Notes under the pieces: model-generated | What the model was told of the DNA's origin: nothing | Database searches by the model: none | Seen by the model: only the letters and a program-made list of their open reading frames with translations | Shown here: piece after piece, positions 47,670 through 58,559 of the stretch | Position numbering within the stretch: position 1 is the first letter of the stretch | Layout of the letters: each line of letters opens with the position of its first letter | Assembly (NCBI GenBank): GCA_048885925.1 | Contig: JBHLLG010000004.1 | Span: 19,503-83,502, forward strand | Length of the DNA stretch: 64,000 bases | From: Candidatus Hermodarchaeota archaeon | GTDB taxonomy: Archaea > Asgardarchaeota > Lokiarchaeia > Sigyniarchaeales > SOKP01 | Direction: 5' to 3' | Position numbers and translations under genes: made by a program

Positions 47670-47680
47670 TTGGATTAATT

Positions 47681-48100
47681 CTATTTATTTAAAATTCCTG
47701 AGGTTTTAATTATTTCCATATGATCAAAAGCTAGTTTCAAAGAAGCAATATTTGATATGGAAATAATTTCTAGAGCAGCAGCATCGTCTTTAGCTTTTGG
47801 CTTTTCATTTTTTGTCAATGGTTCACATAGAAAAGCAATAGTTATGGTGTGACCCCTTGGATCACGTTTAGGGTCTGAAAAAACACCTATAAGTTTAACG
47901 ATTTTAACATTTATATTAGTTTCTTCTTCTACTTCACGGATACAGGCATCTTCTACTGTTTCTCCAATATCTACAAATCCACCGGGTAAAGCATATTCTC
48001 CTTGGAAAGGAGGATACTTTCTACGTATTAAAATAATATTATTTTTCTCATATAAAATTACAGCATCAACAGTTAACAAAGGTGTCTTAGGGGGAGGCAT
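47681..48100 (-). CDS. NUDIX hydrolase
   Basis: Nudix box GGFVDIGETVEDACIREVEEETNI. Confidence 0.9.
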   Translation of the reverse strand: MPPPKTPLLTVDAVILYEKNNIILIRRKYPPFQGEYALPGGFVDIGETVEDACIREVEEETNINVKIVKLIGVFSDPKRDPRGHTITIAFLCEPLTKNEKPKAKDDAAALEIISISNIASLKLAFDHMEIIKTSGILNK

Positions 48101-48142
48101 ATTATATCCTTTAGTTAAATAACCTCTTATTACTTTTTAATA

Positions 48143-48964
48143 TTATTCATCCCAGACCTTAGATGCGAGTAAATGTTCAATTCTAGCTTTCCTTGGTCTT
48201 ATGAATTCTGTATGATGTTCTTTACGTTCTAATAATAAACTCTTCTCTAGATTAACAGAATTAACCATATAAACTTCCAAGTCTCCTTCATTCAGATAAA
48301 TATGATTAAAACTTGGTGTATCATCTGCGCGAACCTTATTTGATGTAGAAGTGCCACAATAAAGAAAGGTGGTATTGAATGAATTTTTCCAATTTATTAC
48401 ATACGCATGAGGAACATGACGATGTCCCATTAATACTAAATCTATTCCAAATACTTGAGTAAATTCTATAATTTCTCCAGCATCACGAACAGTCGTGAAT
48501 TTTTGGCCAGACATTGGAATTGGGATTAAATGATGATGTAGTGCCAGAATTCTATTTTCTAAATTCTTATTAAAACATCTTCCAGCCCAATCCAATTGCT
48601 CGTCACCAATCATTCCCTCACTCATATCATCTCGAGAAGAATTCAGTCCTACTATAATCGTATCTTTATCATCAAGAAGTAATCGTGAACGTCTTGGGCC
48701 AATAAATTTTTCAAAAAAGATTAATCCTGAATTTTTAGAATCATGATTTCCTGGTATTGCTAAAAAGTTAGTAATTTCTTTAATTTTGTCAAGATATGGA
48801 CGAGCTGCTTGAAATTGAACAACTCTACCCTTGTGAACTATATCTCCAGTACAGACAACAACATCAGGTCGAGTTTGTTTAACATATTGAATTACATTCT
48901 CAATATACTGTACTACAAAATCACTTCCAAAATGTAAATCTGAGATTTGTATTATTTCAATCAA
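48143..48964 (-). CDS. Calcineurin-like metallophosphoesterase
   Basis: ISDLHFG, CTGDIVH, PGNHD, LHHH, GHRHVPH. Confidence 0.85.
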   Translation of the reverse strand: MIEIIQISDLHFGSDFVVQYIENVIQYVKQTRPDVVVCTGDIVHKGRVVQFQAARPYLDKIKEITNFLAIPGNHDSKNSGLIFFEKFIGPRRSRLLLDDKDTIIVGLNSSRDDMSEGMIGDEQLDWAGRCFNKNLENRILALHHHLIPIPMSGQKFTTVRDAGEIIEFTQVFGIDLVLMGHRHVPHAYVINWKNSFNTTFLYCGTSTSNKVRADDTPSFNHIYLNEGDLEVYMVNSVNLEKSLLLERKEHHTEFIRPRKARIEHLLASKVWDE

Positions 48965-49126
48965 TTTCTTACACCCTCTTCATTTAAATTCATAGTCAAA
49001 ATGAAAGTTTCTATTATTTATAAACTAAATTTAATAATAACTATTAAATTTAAAATCTTTTTAGTGCTGAATTTAAAATTAATTAAAACTGAAAAATAAG
49101 AATAGATAAATCCAAATAAAAAAATA

Positions 49127-49273
49127 TTAAGAAGTTTGTAGTAAATTTTTACGTTCATATATTATTTGTTCAAGGTCATTTTTGGTTCGACAACTAGAAC
49201 AAATACCCTCAACGTAAATAAAACGATTTGTTCTACATTGAGGACAATAAAACTCTTCATAAATTGCTTTCAT
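49127..49273 (-). CDS. Small zinc-ribbon protein (48 aa)
   Basis: Hand translation gives MKAIYEEFYCPQCRTNRFIYVEGICSSCRTKNDLEQIIYERKNLLQTS (CxxC...CxxC). Below the ORF-track cut-off. Confidence 0.4.
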   Translation of the reverse strand: MKAIYEEFYCPQCRTNRFIYVEGICSSCRTKNDLEQIIYERKNLLQTS

Positions 49274-49402
49274 ACTTAATTAGATCAAGAGAGTAAAAAA
49301 ATTTAAGCTCTTTCGATATAATATATAAAGAATATATAATCTATATAGAGAAAATTAAAGAATTTTTTAGAAAATTCAAAAAACTTTACGAATGAATATA
49401 GA

Positions 49403-52390
49403 TTATCTTTTTCCTGTTTCCTTTTCCTTTTCAAAAAATCTTTTATAAAAATGATTTATAATATCATTAGTTGGGCCATTTTCCTTATCAATAAATCCTT
49501 GACCATAATCGTATTTTCCCCCTCCTTTTCCCTTAAAATGAGCAGTCTCTTCCTTAATAAAGTCACCCATATTAAAATTAGTAAGTTTTGCAGCTGTTCG
49601 ATCAACCATTCCTGTTACGGCTGTACCTTTATTACTTTCATTAAAGAATAGAGTTATTGTATTATCTGAATATTTCATTACATTGGAGCTAATATTTTGA
49701 ATATCCTTTTGATCTAAATTAGTAAAAGTTGCAGTTATTAATTTCGAATTCTTGAAAACTTTACTATCTTTAATTAATTTATCTGCATAGTCTTTACTTA
49801 AATATTCTTCAACTTTTCTTAATTTGTTAATTGCTTCATTCCATTCAGAATAAAATTTTCGTACTTTATTTGGAATACTTTCTTTTTTTGTATTTAAAAA
49901 TTGAGAAACTTCTGACAACACATCACCTTCAAATGTTTCTGAAGAAGTTAAAAGTAAATCTTGCTCATCTACTTTGCCAGATTTAAGTGCTTTATTGACA
50001 TTTTTCCACTTTTCAAGTAACTCTTTTACACGTCCTACAAGTTGTTTACGATCAACTTTTAATATACCTTTTAGTTCCTCAAGAATCCTTTTATGTTTTT
50101 CTTTTAGCTTATCAGTGGCGCTCCCTGCGACAAATGTTAACCTAACAATACCATCTTGAATCTTTTGTGATTTTGTAATATGAATATAGCCTGTTTCTGA
50201 AGTATTATTTAAATGAGTACCTCCACATGCTTCAACATCTACTCCTGGAATATCAACGATTCTTAAGTTCTTACCTGGTACTGCACCACCTTGATATATA
50301 GTCATGCCATATTTTTTTTCTGCTTCTGAACGTGGAATAAAACTTAGATTAAGATCTAATTTTTGTTCTACTATTTTGTTTGCTTTTTTTTCAATTTCAA
50401 GAATTTTTTCTTTTGGAATCTGTTCATAGTGAGTTATATCTAAATGTGAGTTTTTTAAAGTCTTTCGAGCACCTGCTTGATTAACGTGACTACCTAAAAC
50501 TTCACGAGCGGCAGCATTAACGATATGTGTGGCAGTGTGATGTTGAGATAGTTGTTGACGCCATTTTTTATCTACCTCTAACTTTACTATATCACCAACT
50601 TTAAATGTAGGTTTGTTATTTAAGACATGTACAACATAATTACCTTGCTTGAACACATCATTGAATTTTTGATTATTTATTTTTCCTACATCATGTAACT
50701 GACCACCAGAAGTAGGATATGCTACAGATTGATCTAAAATAACCATATTATCAAATATTTTCAATACTTTTGCTTCATTAGTAGTTTCGGTATAATCATA
50801 ATAGTATAGCGATCTTGTTTCAGGAATATCTTTCAAGTCAAGTTCAATTTCCTTTCCTGTGGCATGAATTTGTTCTAACTTTTCATGTTTTTCAACAACT
50901 AAATTATAGAAATTCTCAGGGATTTTGACTTTTACTCCATATTTTCTAGCTGTTATCTTGACCATATCAGGACTTATACCGTTAGAATCATATAATTCTA
51001 TCAAAAGATCATTAGAAATTTCCCCTTTCTCCAATACTTTTTCTAAAATTTTTCCTGCTTTTTCTTTTGTAGCATAAAATTTATCTTTTTCCACATTTAA
51101 GATCTCTCTTATTTCACTTAAATGTTCTGATACTTCAGGAAATAAGTCTTTTAATTCTTCGGCGTGCCATACACATACATCAGCCATATCAATATTCCAT
51201 TTGAATTTGTCAATGTAACTGATTGCTCGCCTAAAAATAACTCTTAAATTATATCCACCTCCTACGTTCGAAGGTAATTTTCCATCATTTATTCCGAAGA
51301 GTAAAGTTCTAGCATGTTCTGCAATAGAATAAACTGCTGTCATTGGCATAATCTTACTTTTAAGATCTTTTACACCTAGATTTAGTTCAACAGCCACGCG
51401 ATTCCATGCTTCATCCATGTCCTCGACTTCATCAACATTCAAATAAGCAGAATATTTAGAGAATTTATTATATAATTCTAAATCTAATTCTATATTTGTA
51501 ATCTCTCTTAACTTTGATAATACAAATGGAAAAATAGCTTCATACATATTTGGAGTTCCTTGAGAAAACCATGCAACACGTTCTTGACCTAAACCCATAT
51601 CAAGAACTTTGAGTTTCAATTCTCTTGGTCCATCTGGAGTTTGTTCAAACATTGTATAAACTTGATTAAATAATTCTACACCCCTACTAAAGAATTCAAG
51701 ACTACAACCGAAAGATCCTCCACCTGCCCATGAATCTTCATGGATGGTAATCTCTTCTTTAGCAAGTCCTACTCCTTTATGTATGAAATCGTGTATATCC
51801 ATGAAAAGTTCACTTTGATTCCATTCTTCAGGTGTTACAAATGTGTGTTGCCCAATCATTACGAAACCAGTGTTATGGGCCCCTGTTATCCCAACATTTT
51901 CGATATCATTAAATCTCAAACAAAATTGAGGTATTATTAACTTTTTAGCTGGGGGTTCTACTTCACCAGTTATGACATAAGGTTGAAAGGCTGAAATTGA
52001 TGCAATAGTGAATTCCGACGTAGGGTTCCATCTAGCTACACAGGGATACCTTTTAATAGGAACGTAACCCCGAGGTTCTAAAATCTCAACAATTTTCTCC
52101 CAAACTCCAATAAAGGAGAGTTTTACCTCAGAGGGATTATCTATAACGACATTAAAACCTCCTGAACAAGTGGGATCTCCACATACCTTTCGTAGCTTAA
52201 GAGTTGTCCAAAAGAATTTCCCACAGCATTCACAGTTCTTTCTCATATATCCTAGCTCTCGAAGTTCCTTTGTAGGAAAATAAGCGTCAGGATTTTTTGA
52301 AGCAATCTTTTTAAAAATTTGCTTTAACTCTTTATCAGTATGAGCGTTCTTTAGTTCTAACTTTTCTTTTTCTGAGAGCACTTTAATCAA
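49403..52390 (-). CDS. alaS: Alanine--tRNA ligase, archaeal type
   Basis: N-terminal Cys cluster CECCGKFFW...CGDPTC, class-II core, editing-domain HHTATHIV and CGGTH, C-terminal DHHA1 GKGGGKYDYGQG. Confidence 0.95.
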   Translation of the reverse strand: MIKVLSEKEKLELKNAHTDKELKQIFKKIASKNPDAYFPTKELRELGYMRKNCECCGKFFWTTLKLRKVCGDPTCSGGFNVVIDNPSEVKLSFIGVWEKIVEILEPRGYVPIKRYPCVARWNPTSEFTIASISAFQPYVITGEVEPPAKKLIIPQFCLRFNDIENVGITGAHNTGFVMIGQHTFVTPEEWNQSELFMDIHDFIHKGVGLAKEEITIHEDSWAGGGSFGCSLEFFSRGVELFNQVYTMFEQTPDGPRELKLKVLDMGLGQERVAWFSQGTPNMYEAIFPFVLSKLREITNIELDLELYNKFSKYSAYLNVDEVEDMDEAWNRVAVELNLGVKDLKSKIMPMTAVYSIAEHARTLLFGINDGKLPSNVGGGYNLRVIFRRAISYIDKFKWNIDMADVCVWHAEELKDLFPEVSEHLSEIREILNVEKDKFYATKEKAGKILEKVLEKGEISNDLLIELYDSNGISPDMVKITARKYGVKVKIPENFYNLVVEKHEKLEQIHATGKEIELDLKDIPETRSLYYYDYTETTNEAKVLKIFDNMVILDQSVAYPTSGGQLHDVGKINNQKFNDVFKQGNYVVHVLNNKPTFKVGDIVKLEVDKKWRQQLSQHHTATHIVNAAAREVLGSHVNQAGARKTLKNSHLDITHYEQIPKEKILEIEKKANKIVEQKLDLNLSFIPRSEAEKKYGMTIYQGGAVPGKNLRIVDIPGVDVEACGGTHLNNTSETGYIHITKSQKIQDGIVRLTFVAGSATDKLKEKHKRILEELKGILKVDRKQLVGRVKELLEKWKNVNKALKSGKVDEQDLLLTSSETFEGDVLSEVSQFLNTKKESIPNKVRKFYSEWNEAINKLRKVEEYLSKDYADKLIKDSKVFKNSKLITATFTNLDQKDIQNISSNVMKYSDNTITLFFNESNKGTAVTGMVDRTAAKLTNFNMGDFIKEETAHFKGKGGGKYDYGQGFIDKENGPTNDIINHFYKRFFEKEKETGKR

Positions 52391-52624
52391 ATTATGATAA
52401 TCAATACTACATTATAAAATAATTAAGAAAATTATAATTCTCGTATAATAATTTCAATAAAAATTTCATTTCTTAACAATTTTACTATAAATTATCTTAA
52501 TAAAGCCTCTAATAAAAAAATGAACCGTTATCTATATTACTCTACTGATAAAGCTTTTAAACTATTGAATTAATGTTTACATACAAAATATCTAATTTTG
52601 AATTATAAATAAGGTAGAAATCAA

Positions 52625-52927
52625 ATGGCTCATATGTTAGTTACAGCTTGGTATCCACCAAATAAGGCGCAAGAATTACTGAAGGTCTATATGTCTAAAG
52701 ATAAACCAAAATACCCTGATTTCGTAAAGAAAATTCATCACTGGACTGTAGTCGCATCAGATGGGCATTATAAAACGTATGCTGTTTATGAATACCCAGA
52801 TGATAAAATGAAGGAAACATTTAAGGCAATTGGAAAGAGATACACTTTATATGCAACAGTGGAAGGTTACAGATACTATCCTGAATTACTAATGGATGCT
52901 GAAGAAATGATTAAGATTTTTCTTTAA
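52625..52927 (+). CDS. Hypothetical protein (100 aa)
   Basis: Clean ORF in an otherwise empty interval. No motif recognised. Confidence 0.35.
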   Translation: MAHMLVTAWYPPNKAQELLKVYMSKDKPKYPDFVKKIHHWTVVASDGHYKTYAVYEYPDDKMKETFKAIGKRYTLYATVEGYRYYPELLMDAEEMIKIFL

Positions 52928-52994
52928 AATTAATAAATTATTCTTTAATTAAACATTAAATTTTTTTTTATGTTTTAAGTAAAATCGGATATCT

Positions 52995-53537
52995 TCAGAA
53001 AATACTCGATTTAAATTTATTATCAATATTATTTAGATTTATATTTTCGATAAAGTCAATCTCACCAGAATTCTTTAATGTTAGCACTGTGTTTGGTTTA
53101 ATTACATATTTCGAAATCTCAATACTCGTAAATAAATTTGGTAAAATATCTATAATTTTATTCCCATAAATCATATTCCATTCATAAAATCTCAAAAATA
53201 TTATATTGGTTAGAAATTTTAATCCTTTTTCTCTTGATTCGATTGGTTTTTCTCGGTCTAAAAAATAGAATTTATAATCTGAGGATGGAAATATGTAAAT
53301 TCCATGTACTCTCTTATCTATTTTATAAGTTTCTTTTGCTTTAAATACCTGTAATGAAATAATTACATTCTTATTCCTTTCGTCAAAGAGCTTTCCATCT
53401 TCTTCTACAAATATAATACAATCATTTTTAAGGGCAATATAATGCTTTCGAGAGGTATCATCAGTAATTTTTTGAACGAGGAGATCATAATATGAACTAT
53501 ATATTTTATTATTATAGACAATTTCAATATCATTCAT
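52995..53537 (-). CDS. Hypothetical protein (180 aa)
   Basis: ORF only. Confidence 0.3.
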   Translation of the reverse strand: MNDIEIVYNNKIYSSYYDLLVQKITDDTSRKHYIALKNDCIIFVEEDGKLFDERNKNVIISLQVFKAKETYKIDKRVHGIYIFPSSDYKFYFLDREKPIESREKGLKFLTNIIFLRFYEWNMIYGNKIIDILPNLFTSIEISKYVIKPNTVLTLKNSGEIDFIENINLNNIDNKFKSSIF

Positions 53538-53667
53538 TACTTTTAAGACTCCATTATCTTTTGACTACTTTATAATAATTAAAAAAAGGATTAAGATAAA
53601 GTTAATTAAATATAGAAAAAAATATGTTATTTAGGTTAAAGTTTATGCTAGAAAAACTTGTGAAGAT

Positions 53668-53814
53668 TTAAAAGTCATCATCTTCAAAATCCATTTCTTC
53701 GTCTAATAAGGATTTTTTTGGACTAGAAATAGGTTTTTTTGCCTCTTTCTTTTGTTGAGGCTTCTGTGGTTCTTTTTTAATTTGTTTTTTCTTATCGTCA
53801 AATTTTTTTGACAT
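53668..53814 (-). CDS. Small Lys-rich protein with acidic-aromatic C-terminal tail (48 aa)
   Basis: Hand translation gives MSKKFDDKKKQIKKEPQKPQQKKEAKKPISSPKKSLLDEEMDFEDDDF. Below the ORF-track cut-off. Confidence 0.3.
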   Translation of the reverse strand: MSKKFDDKKKQIKKEPQKPQQKKEAKKPISSPKKSLLDEEMDFEDDDF

Positions 53815-54247
53815 ATTTTTCACCCTATTTTTATTTAATAGAGTTATAATAAAATAATTTAACCTGCTATTTAAAGATTTTCCTCAACTATTTCTTCATT
53901 TAGGTTAATCTCTGGGCGAATAGTTTGCCCTTCCTAAATCTAATTTACTCTACTCTAGTTTATATTTCAGAGAGTTTTGTTCATTCGTAGAATGTTTATT
54001 AAGGCTAACTTTAGATATAAAATAAACATTTCTTAAATTTTATTTAAATTCTGAACAAACTTAGAAAAATATTAATCTCTTTTAGCCTAAAGAATTCAAT
54101 TTTCAAAGAATTTTTGTTTCTAAGATATTATATTTTCAATTATCTACAATAAAGCAAATTGATGATCAAAATCCTATAATAGAAAATATAAAGATTATAA
54201 ATTTATAAAAAAAATTAATAATATTAACCAATTTTTTCAATTTTTTA

Positions 54248-54694
54248 TTATAATTCTAGAGATTGAAGTCGTGCATATCCTTTCTTAAGAAAATCATAAT
54301 CAAGTAATTCTATTTTCTCTGGAATAATTTTTAGTATTAATTTTCTCTTTCCCCTAACAATTTTTTGAGCGGTTTCGAATTCTTTATCTCCTTCTCTTAA
54401 AAAAATTAATCTATCTTTACCAGAAGCAGTGATTTGCATGCCTTGAACTTTACCTTCGGATAATGGTGTATATATACCAATACTAATATTTGGATTTTCT
54501 TCTATATTTTTTACTTTTCTTCCAGGAGTAGGAGCTATATAAATGTTAAAGTTATCTTCTTCTATATAAAAGTCCATGGGAGTTGCTCGAGGGATATTAT
54601 TGCTACAAGTGCAAAGAACTAGTTCTTTCCTTTTGTTTAAAAATTTACTTATTTCTTTTTTTAGGTCTTCCTTTGGCATTTTCTGCTGGCTCAT
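54248..54694 (-). CDS. Pyridoxamine 5'-phosphate oxidase-like FMN-binding split-barrel protein
   Basis: 148 aa. LVLCTCSNNIPRATPMDFY...IYIAPTPGRKVKNIEENPNISIG pattern. Confidence 0.65.
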   Translation of the reverse strand: MSQQKMPKEDLKKEISKFLNKRKELVLCTCSNNIPRATPMDFYIEEDNFNIYIAPTPGRKVKNIEENPNISIGIYTPLSEGKVQGMQITASGKDRLIFLREGDKEFETAQKIVRGKRKLILKIIPEKIELLDYDFLKKGYARLQSLEL

Positions 54695-54791
54695 TTAGAG
54701 ATCACTGACTTTTTCAATTTTATTAATAATTAAAAGTAAAGAATTGAAAATAAATCTTTAAAGAATAAGAAGAAAATAGTTACTCTTGGGT

Positions 54792-55943
54792 TTAAAATCC
54801 AACTATATTAATGGGTGTAGAATCATTATTTGAATCTACAGCAGCTCTAACATACGGAGAAACGGGACCATTAGCAAGAACCATTATTTTTATTTTTGAG
54901 CCCATATCAGGTTTATTTTGAACTCCAAACTTTAATTGGGCTTGTTCAGGGATTTGATGCGAAATAGTAGAAACTACTTTATCAACTTTTGATAAAGTTA
55001 ATGTGTGATCACCAGTAACAGATACTAAGCATCTATTTACCTGGTTTGGATCTGGCTTAAGAAGGGGATTATTTAATGCTAATTTTGCTTTATCGATTAA
55101 ATCTGGTTCTTCACCTAAGGATTCGGCAATACCAACTAACCCCGAAGGATATTTTCCATGCGGATTTTCCAGCAATGTTTTTTTCACATCTGCAAAATCT
55201 ATATTTACCAAACCGCAATTATTAATTAAATTGACAACTTCTCCTATATTTCTTATTAATATTTCATCCATAATTTTGAATCCGGTTATCATAGGAATCT
55301 TACCAACAATTTCTAGTAAATTGTCATTTGGAATTGGAATTAGAAAGTCAGAGTATTTAGCGAGGTTTTTTAGACCCAGATTCGCTCTTACTGATCGTTG
55401 TTTGCCCTCAGAGTTAAATGGAAGTGAGCAAAAAGTAACAACTATTGCATTATTTTGCTTTGCTTCTTCCGCAATAATAGGAGCCGCTCCAGTACCAGTA
55501 CCACCACCTAAACCACAAGTCAAAAAGATGATATCTCCATTTAATGCTTGATTTATCCTTTTTCGGTCTTCTTCTGCTGCTTCAGCACCGATAATAGGAT
55601 CATTTCCAGAACCCAATCCATTACATCGTTCCTTTCCTATTAATATTTTATATTTTGAATTTGAGTAATATAAATCATGAGCATCAGTATTGATATTTAT
55701 AGTTTCGGCATTTTCTATACCCATATCTTCTAATCGTGAAACTGTATTATTTCCCGCACCTCCAACACCAACCACTAATGTTTTAATTTTTAAAACTTTT
55801 AATAAATCTGCTAAATACTTATCATCATCACAATTTGGATTTGAATTAGGATTTTGATTGTATTGAGCTATTTGGTTAAATCGATCTCTTACTGATGCTC
55901 GGGATTTTGCCAATTCAACTAAATCAAATATATCATCTGTCAT
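54792..55943 (-). CDS. ftsZ: Cell division protein FtsZ
   Basis: GVGGAGNN, NTDAHDL, GLGSGNDPIIG, tubulin signature GGGTGTGAAP, T7 NIDFADV. Confidence 0.9.
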   Translation of the reverse strand: MTDDIFDLVELAKSRASVRDRFNQIAQYNQNPNSNPNCDDDKYLADLLKVLKIKTLVVGVGGAGNNTVSRLEDMGIENAETININTDAHDLYYSNSKYKILIGKERCNGLGSGNDPIIGAEAAEEDRKRINQALNGDIIFLTCGLGGGTGTGAAPIIAEEAKQNNAIVVTFCSLPFNSEGKQRSVRANLGLKNLAKYSDFLIPIPNDNLLEIVGKIPMITGFKIMDEILIRNIGEVVNLINNCGLVNIDFADVKKTLLENPHGKYPSGLVGIAESLGEEPDLIDKAKLALNNPLLKPDPNQVNRCLVSVTGDHTLTLSKVDKVVSTISHQIPEQAQLKFGVQNKPDMGSKIKIMVLANGPVSPYVRAAVDSNNDSTPINIVGF

Positions 55944-56147
55944 AAGACATAATCACAAAAAATAAGTTTTATACCTTATAATACGAGAAAGATATCAGAA
56001 TAATATAATTGAGAAATATCTAGATAATATGAAGGGAATACCTTAGCTACAAAAAAGCATAAGGTTTTAAATACCATTCTTAATATTTACTTACAACAAT
56101 AAATTTCATTTAAGAAATTCAATACTAAAACAATCAAATTGATTTAA

Positions 56148-56702
56148 ATGAAAGCTAAATGGGAAATTTTACTGATTTTAATTTTTTTCGTAATTTTATT
56201 ATTAATCGTAGTTCTAATATCGGTGTTGATTGATTGGCCTCTTATAACAGAAAATTCTACTTATCTTTCAGAAGCTACATTTGATTTTTGGAGTTTAGGA
56301 CATTTTCTAGCGGGATTGGGAATGTTTATGCTTGTCTTTACATTATATTTTATAATAAAAAATGTAATAGATAAACCTGGAGAACCTCCTGGTTTAGAAA
56401 TTCCATCATCAAAAAATATTCGCATTACATGGTTGATTACACTAGTTGCATCAATATTATGGGAGATTATAGAAAATACTTTACTTTTTGCTTTAGGTAT
56501 TAAAGCTAAATTTGATAGTATTATTAATGCAACTACAGATATTCTTATATGGGGTATTGGAGGTCTTATCGCATGGTATCTTACCCATTTGATGTTTGTT
56601 AGTCATGATGACGTACACGCATACTACTTATTTACTTTCATAAATTTAGCTGCCTTCTTCATAGTTTTCATTCTTTTTGGGTATCTGACATTCAATATTT
56701 AA
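56148..56702 (+). CDS. Hypothetical membrane protein (about 5 TM)
   Basis: Hydrophobic ORF. No family recognised. Confidence 0.4.
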   Translation: MKAKWEILLILIFFVILLLIVVLISVLIDWPLITENSTYLSEATFDFWSLGHFLAGLGMFMLVFTLYFIIKNVIDKPGEPPGLEIPSSKNIRITWLITLVASILWEIIENTLLFALGIKAKFDSIINATTDILIWGIGGLIAWYLTHLMFVSHDDVHAYYLFTFINLAAFFIVFILFGYLTFNI

Positions 56703-56841
56703 ATCTTTATTTTTATTCTTTTTTTTTATTAAATTGAGAACAATAGAGTAATTTTTATATTACCTGATCTATTAAATCTTTTTTTTGTTTGAAAAATAAG
56801 ACAAATCCTTGTAGAGATTAAATTTATAAACTATTATTTTC

Positions 56842-57108
56842 ATGACTATCATGCTTGGGGTTAAAAATATGGAAATTGATAATACAAAAAATAGTAGCGA
56901 TAAATCTATAACCGCTTCTGAAAGCGATGATTTAATTAAAGTAAGAGCTACAATTACGTGTCCAAATGGCGATTACAAAAAGAAGTTTAGAAATCAATTT
57001 CTAAGGAAAGAGATTGATCTATTAATCCCTTGTCTAAAAATATTCGATTGGTTAACATGTAATAAATGTGGTGAACTCTTAAGATTAGATTTAGAGTTCA
57101 ATATTTAA
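56842..57108 (+). CDS. Hypothetical small protein with zinc-ribbon-like Cys pairs
   Basis: CPNGD...CNKCGE. ORF only. Confidence 0.3.
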   Translation: MTIMLGVKNMEIDNTKNSSDKSITASESDDLIKVRATITCPNGDYKKKFRNQFLRKEIDLLIPCLKIFDWLTCNKCGELLRLDLEFNI

Positions 57109-57180
57109 AATCTCAAAAATCTGGACTAATTTTTTTATCATTACTTATTTTAGGTTAAGATTTTAACTTTTAGTTCTTCT

Positions 57181-58491
57181 TTATATTTTAATATTAATAT
57201 GACCATAAGTGCCACCACCTCCAGGAGTATATTCAATTTCATTATTTCTGAGAGCTTTTACGACTAAAGCTATATTAACGTCAAGTTTTTCAATTTTACT
57301 TATTGGAATATCTATTAAAATTTCAAATTCAGTTCCTAGTTCTCTGATAATTTTATTATATTCGTTTAAAACCGTCTTACTTGTTAAGCTTTTAATGTTT
57401 TTAATAGAACGGATAATATCTATTAATGGAACTGCATTAATATATGGAGGTCTATGATCGGGATGTCTAGGCTCTTTATATGTAGAAATTTTTTCAATCC
57501 TTTCACTAACTCCTAATTTAATTTTAAATGATTTATTTAATTGTTCTTTACAAGCTGAACAGATCATCTTACTATTTGAAACTTTTTCTAAATAATCTAA
57601 TCTTGAAGCTATAGGATCTACTGAGTAGTAAGTAATAAAATTATCATTAATTGAATATTGATTAAAAATCAAATCCGTTTGTTTTTTTGTTTTCTTAAAC
57701 ATTATCCTTCTCCTACATTTACTACAGAACATAACATAATATTTCCCTAGTTTAGGATTTAAACCAACATTTAATATTATTTTTCTTCCATTTTTTCTCT
57801 CTATTGCTTGTACAACTTCAACAAATGATGGATTATCAATATCAAACCTATTAAATTCTCTTCCCAAAGATCGTGGATCTTGTGAATGTGCATCACTATT
57901 ACTTAGAAATGTGACATTTTTTAGACATTCTAATCTGTCTGCAAGTTCAGTATTGGCAGAAAGTCCTAACTCAATAAATTTAATTTTCTGAGCAGCATTA
58001 GAATAACAATCCTCAAGAGTTTTGAATTTATTTTGTCGAAAGATTGCTTTAAAAGGTGTGAAAGCATGAGCAGGACCAATCAACCCCCCCTCATCCGAAA
58101 TAATATCAGTTAATTCTGCTGGAGATAGATTTACTCTTGGTCGCCCACCCCACTCACCTAAAATATTACTTGAATAAGGTTCTAATTTTTTTTGAATAGC
58201 CTCTACCATATTGAAATCTTCGAAAAATATTACTTCATGAACATTTTCTTTATCCTCTATTTCAGTTTGAAGAATAAAATAAATATCCTTATAATAATAA
58301 GCTCCATCTCTATTTTTTTCCAAATTACTTTTTAAGTGTTTAAGCCAATTTGGTTGTAAGACATCACCCGTACCTAGAATATGCAAACCTTTTTTTTTAC
58401 AAGTATCGAACATTGTATCTAGATTTAATGATTTCGACACTCCTATTGAATGTGGAGAATGTATATGTAAATCTGCGTTAAAAAAATCCAT
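57181..58491 (-). CDS. endQ: Endonuclease Q (PHP-domain deaminated-base endonuclease)
   Basis: ADLHIHSPHS, GTGD, GPAHAFTP, LSNSDAHS, LGREFNRF, Zn-finger CSKC...CSACK, C-terminal PGGGGTYG. Colinear with my recollection of Pyrococcus EndoQ. Confidence 0.8.
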   Translation of the reverse strand: MDFFNADLHIHSPHSIGVSKSLNLDTMFDTCKKKGLHILGTGDVLQPNWLKHLKSNLEKNRDGAYYYKDIYFILQTEIEDKENVHEVIFFEDFNMVEAIQKKLEPYSSNILGEWGGRPRVNLSPAELTDIISDEGGLIGPAHAFTPFKAIFRQNKFKTLEDCYSNAAQKIKFIELGLSANTELADRLECLKNVTFLSNSDAHSQDPRSLGREFNRFDIDNPSFVEVVQAIERKNGRKIILNVGLNPKLGKYYVMFCSKCRRRIMFKKTKKQTDLIFNQYSINDNFITYYSVDPIASRLDYLEKVSNSKMICSACKEQLNKSFKIKLGVSERIEKISTYKEPRHPDHRPPYINAVPLIDIIRSIKNIKSLTSKTVLNEYNKIIRELGTEFEILIDIPISKIEKLDVNIALVVKALRNNEIEYTPGGGGTYGHINIKI

Positions 58492-58559
58492 TTAATTCAT
58501 GAACTATTAATTTTATTTATATTTTTATTTTAATATAATTAAGATTCTTTTATTTACGT

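Noticed and set aside
55231-55551. Plus-strand ORF of 106 aa.
   Set aside because: It is antisense to ftsZ. Its PVPVPPPKPQ stretch is the complement of the GGGTGTG tubulin-signature codons.
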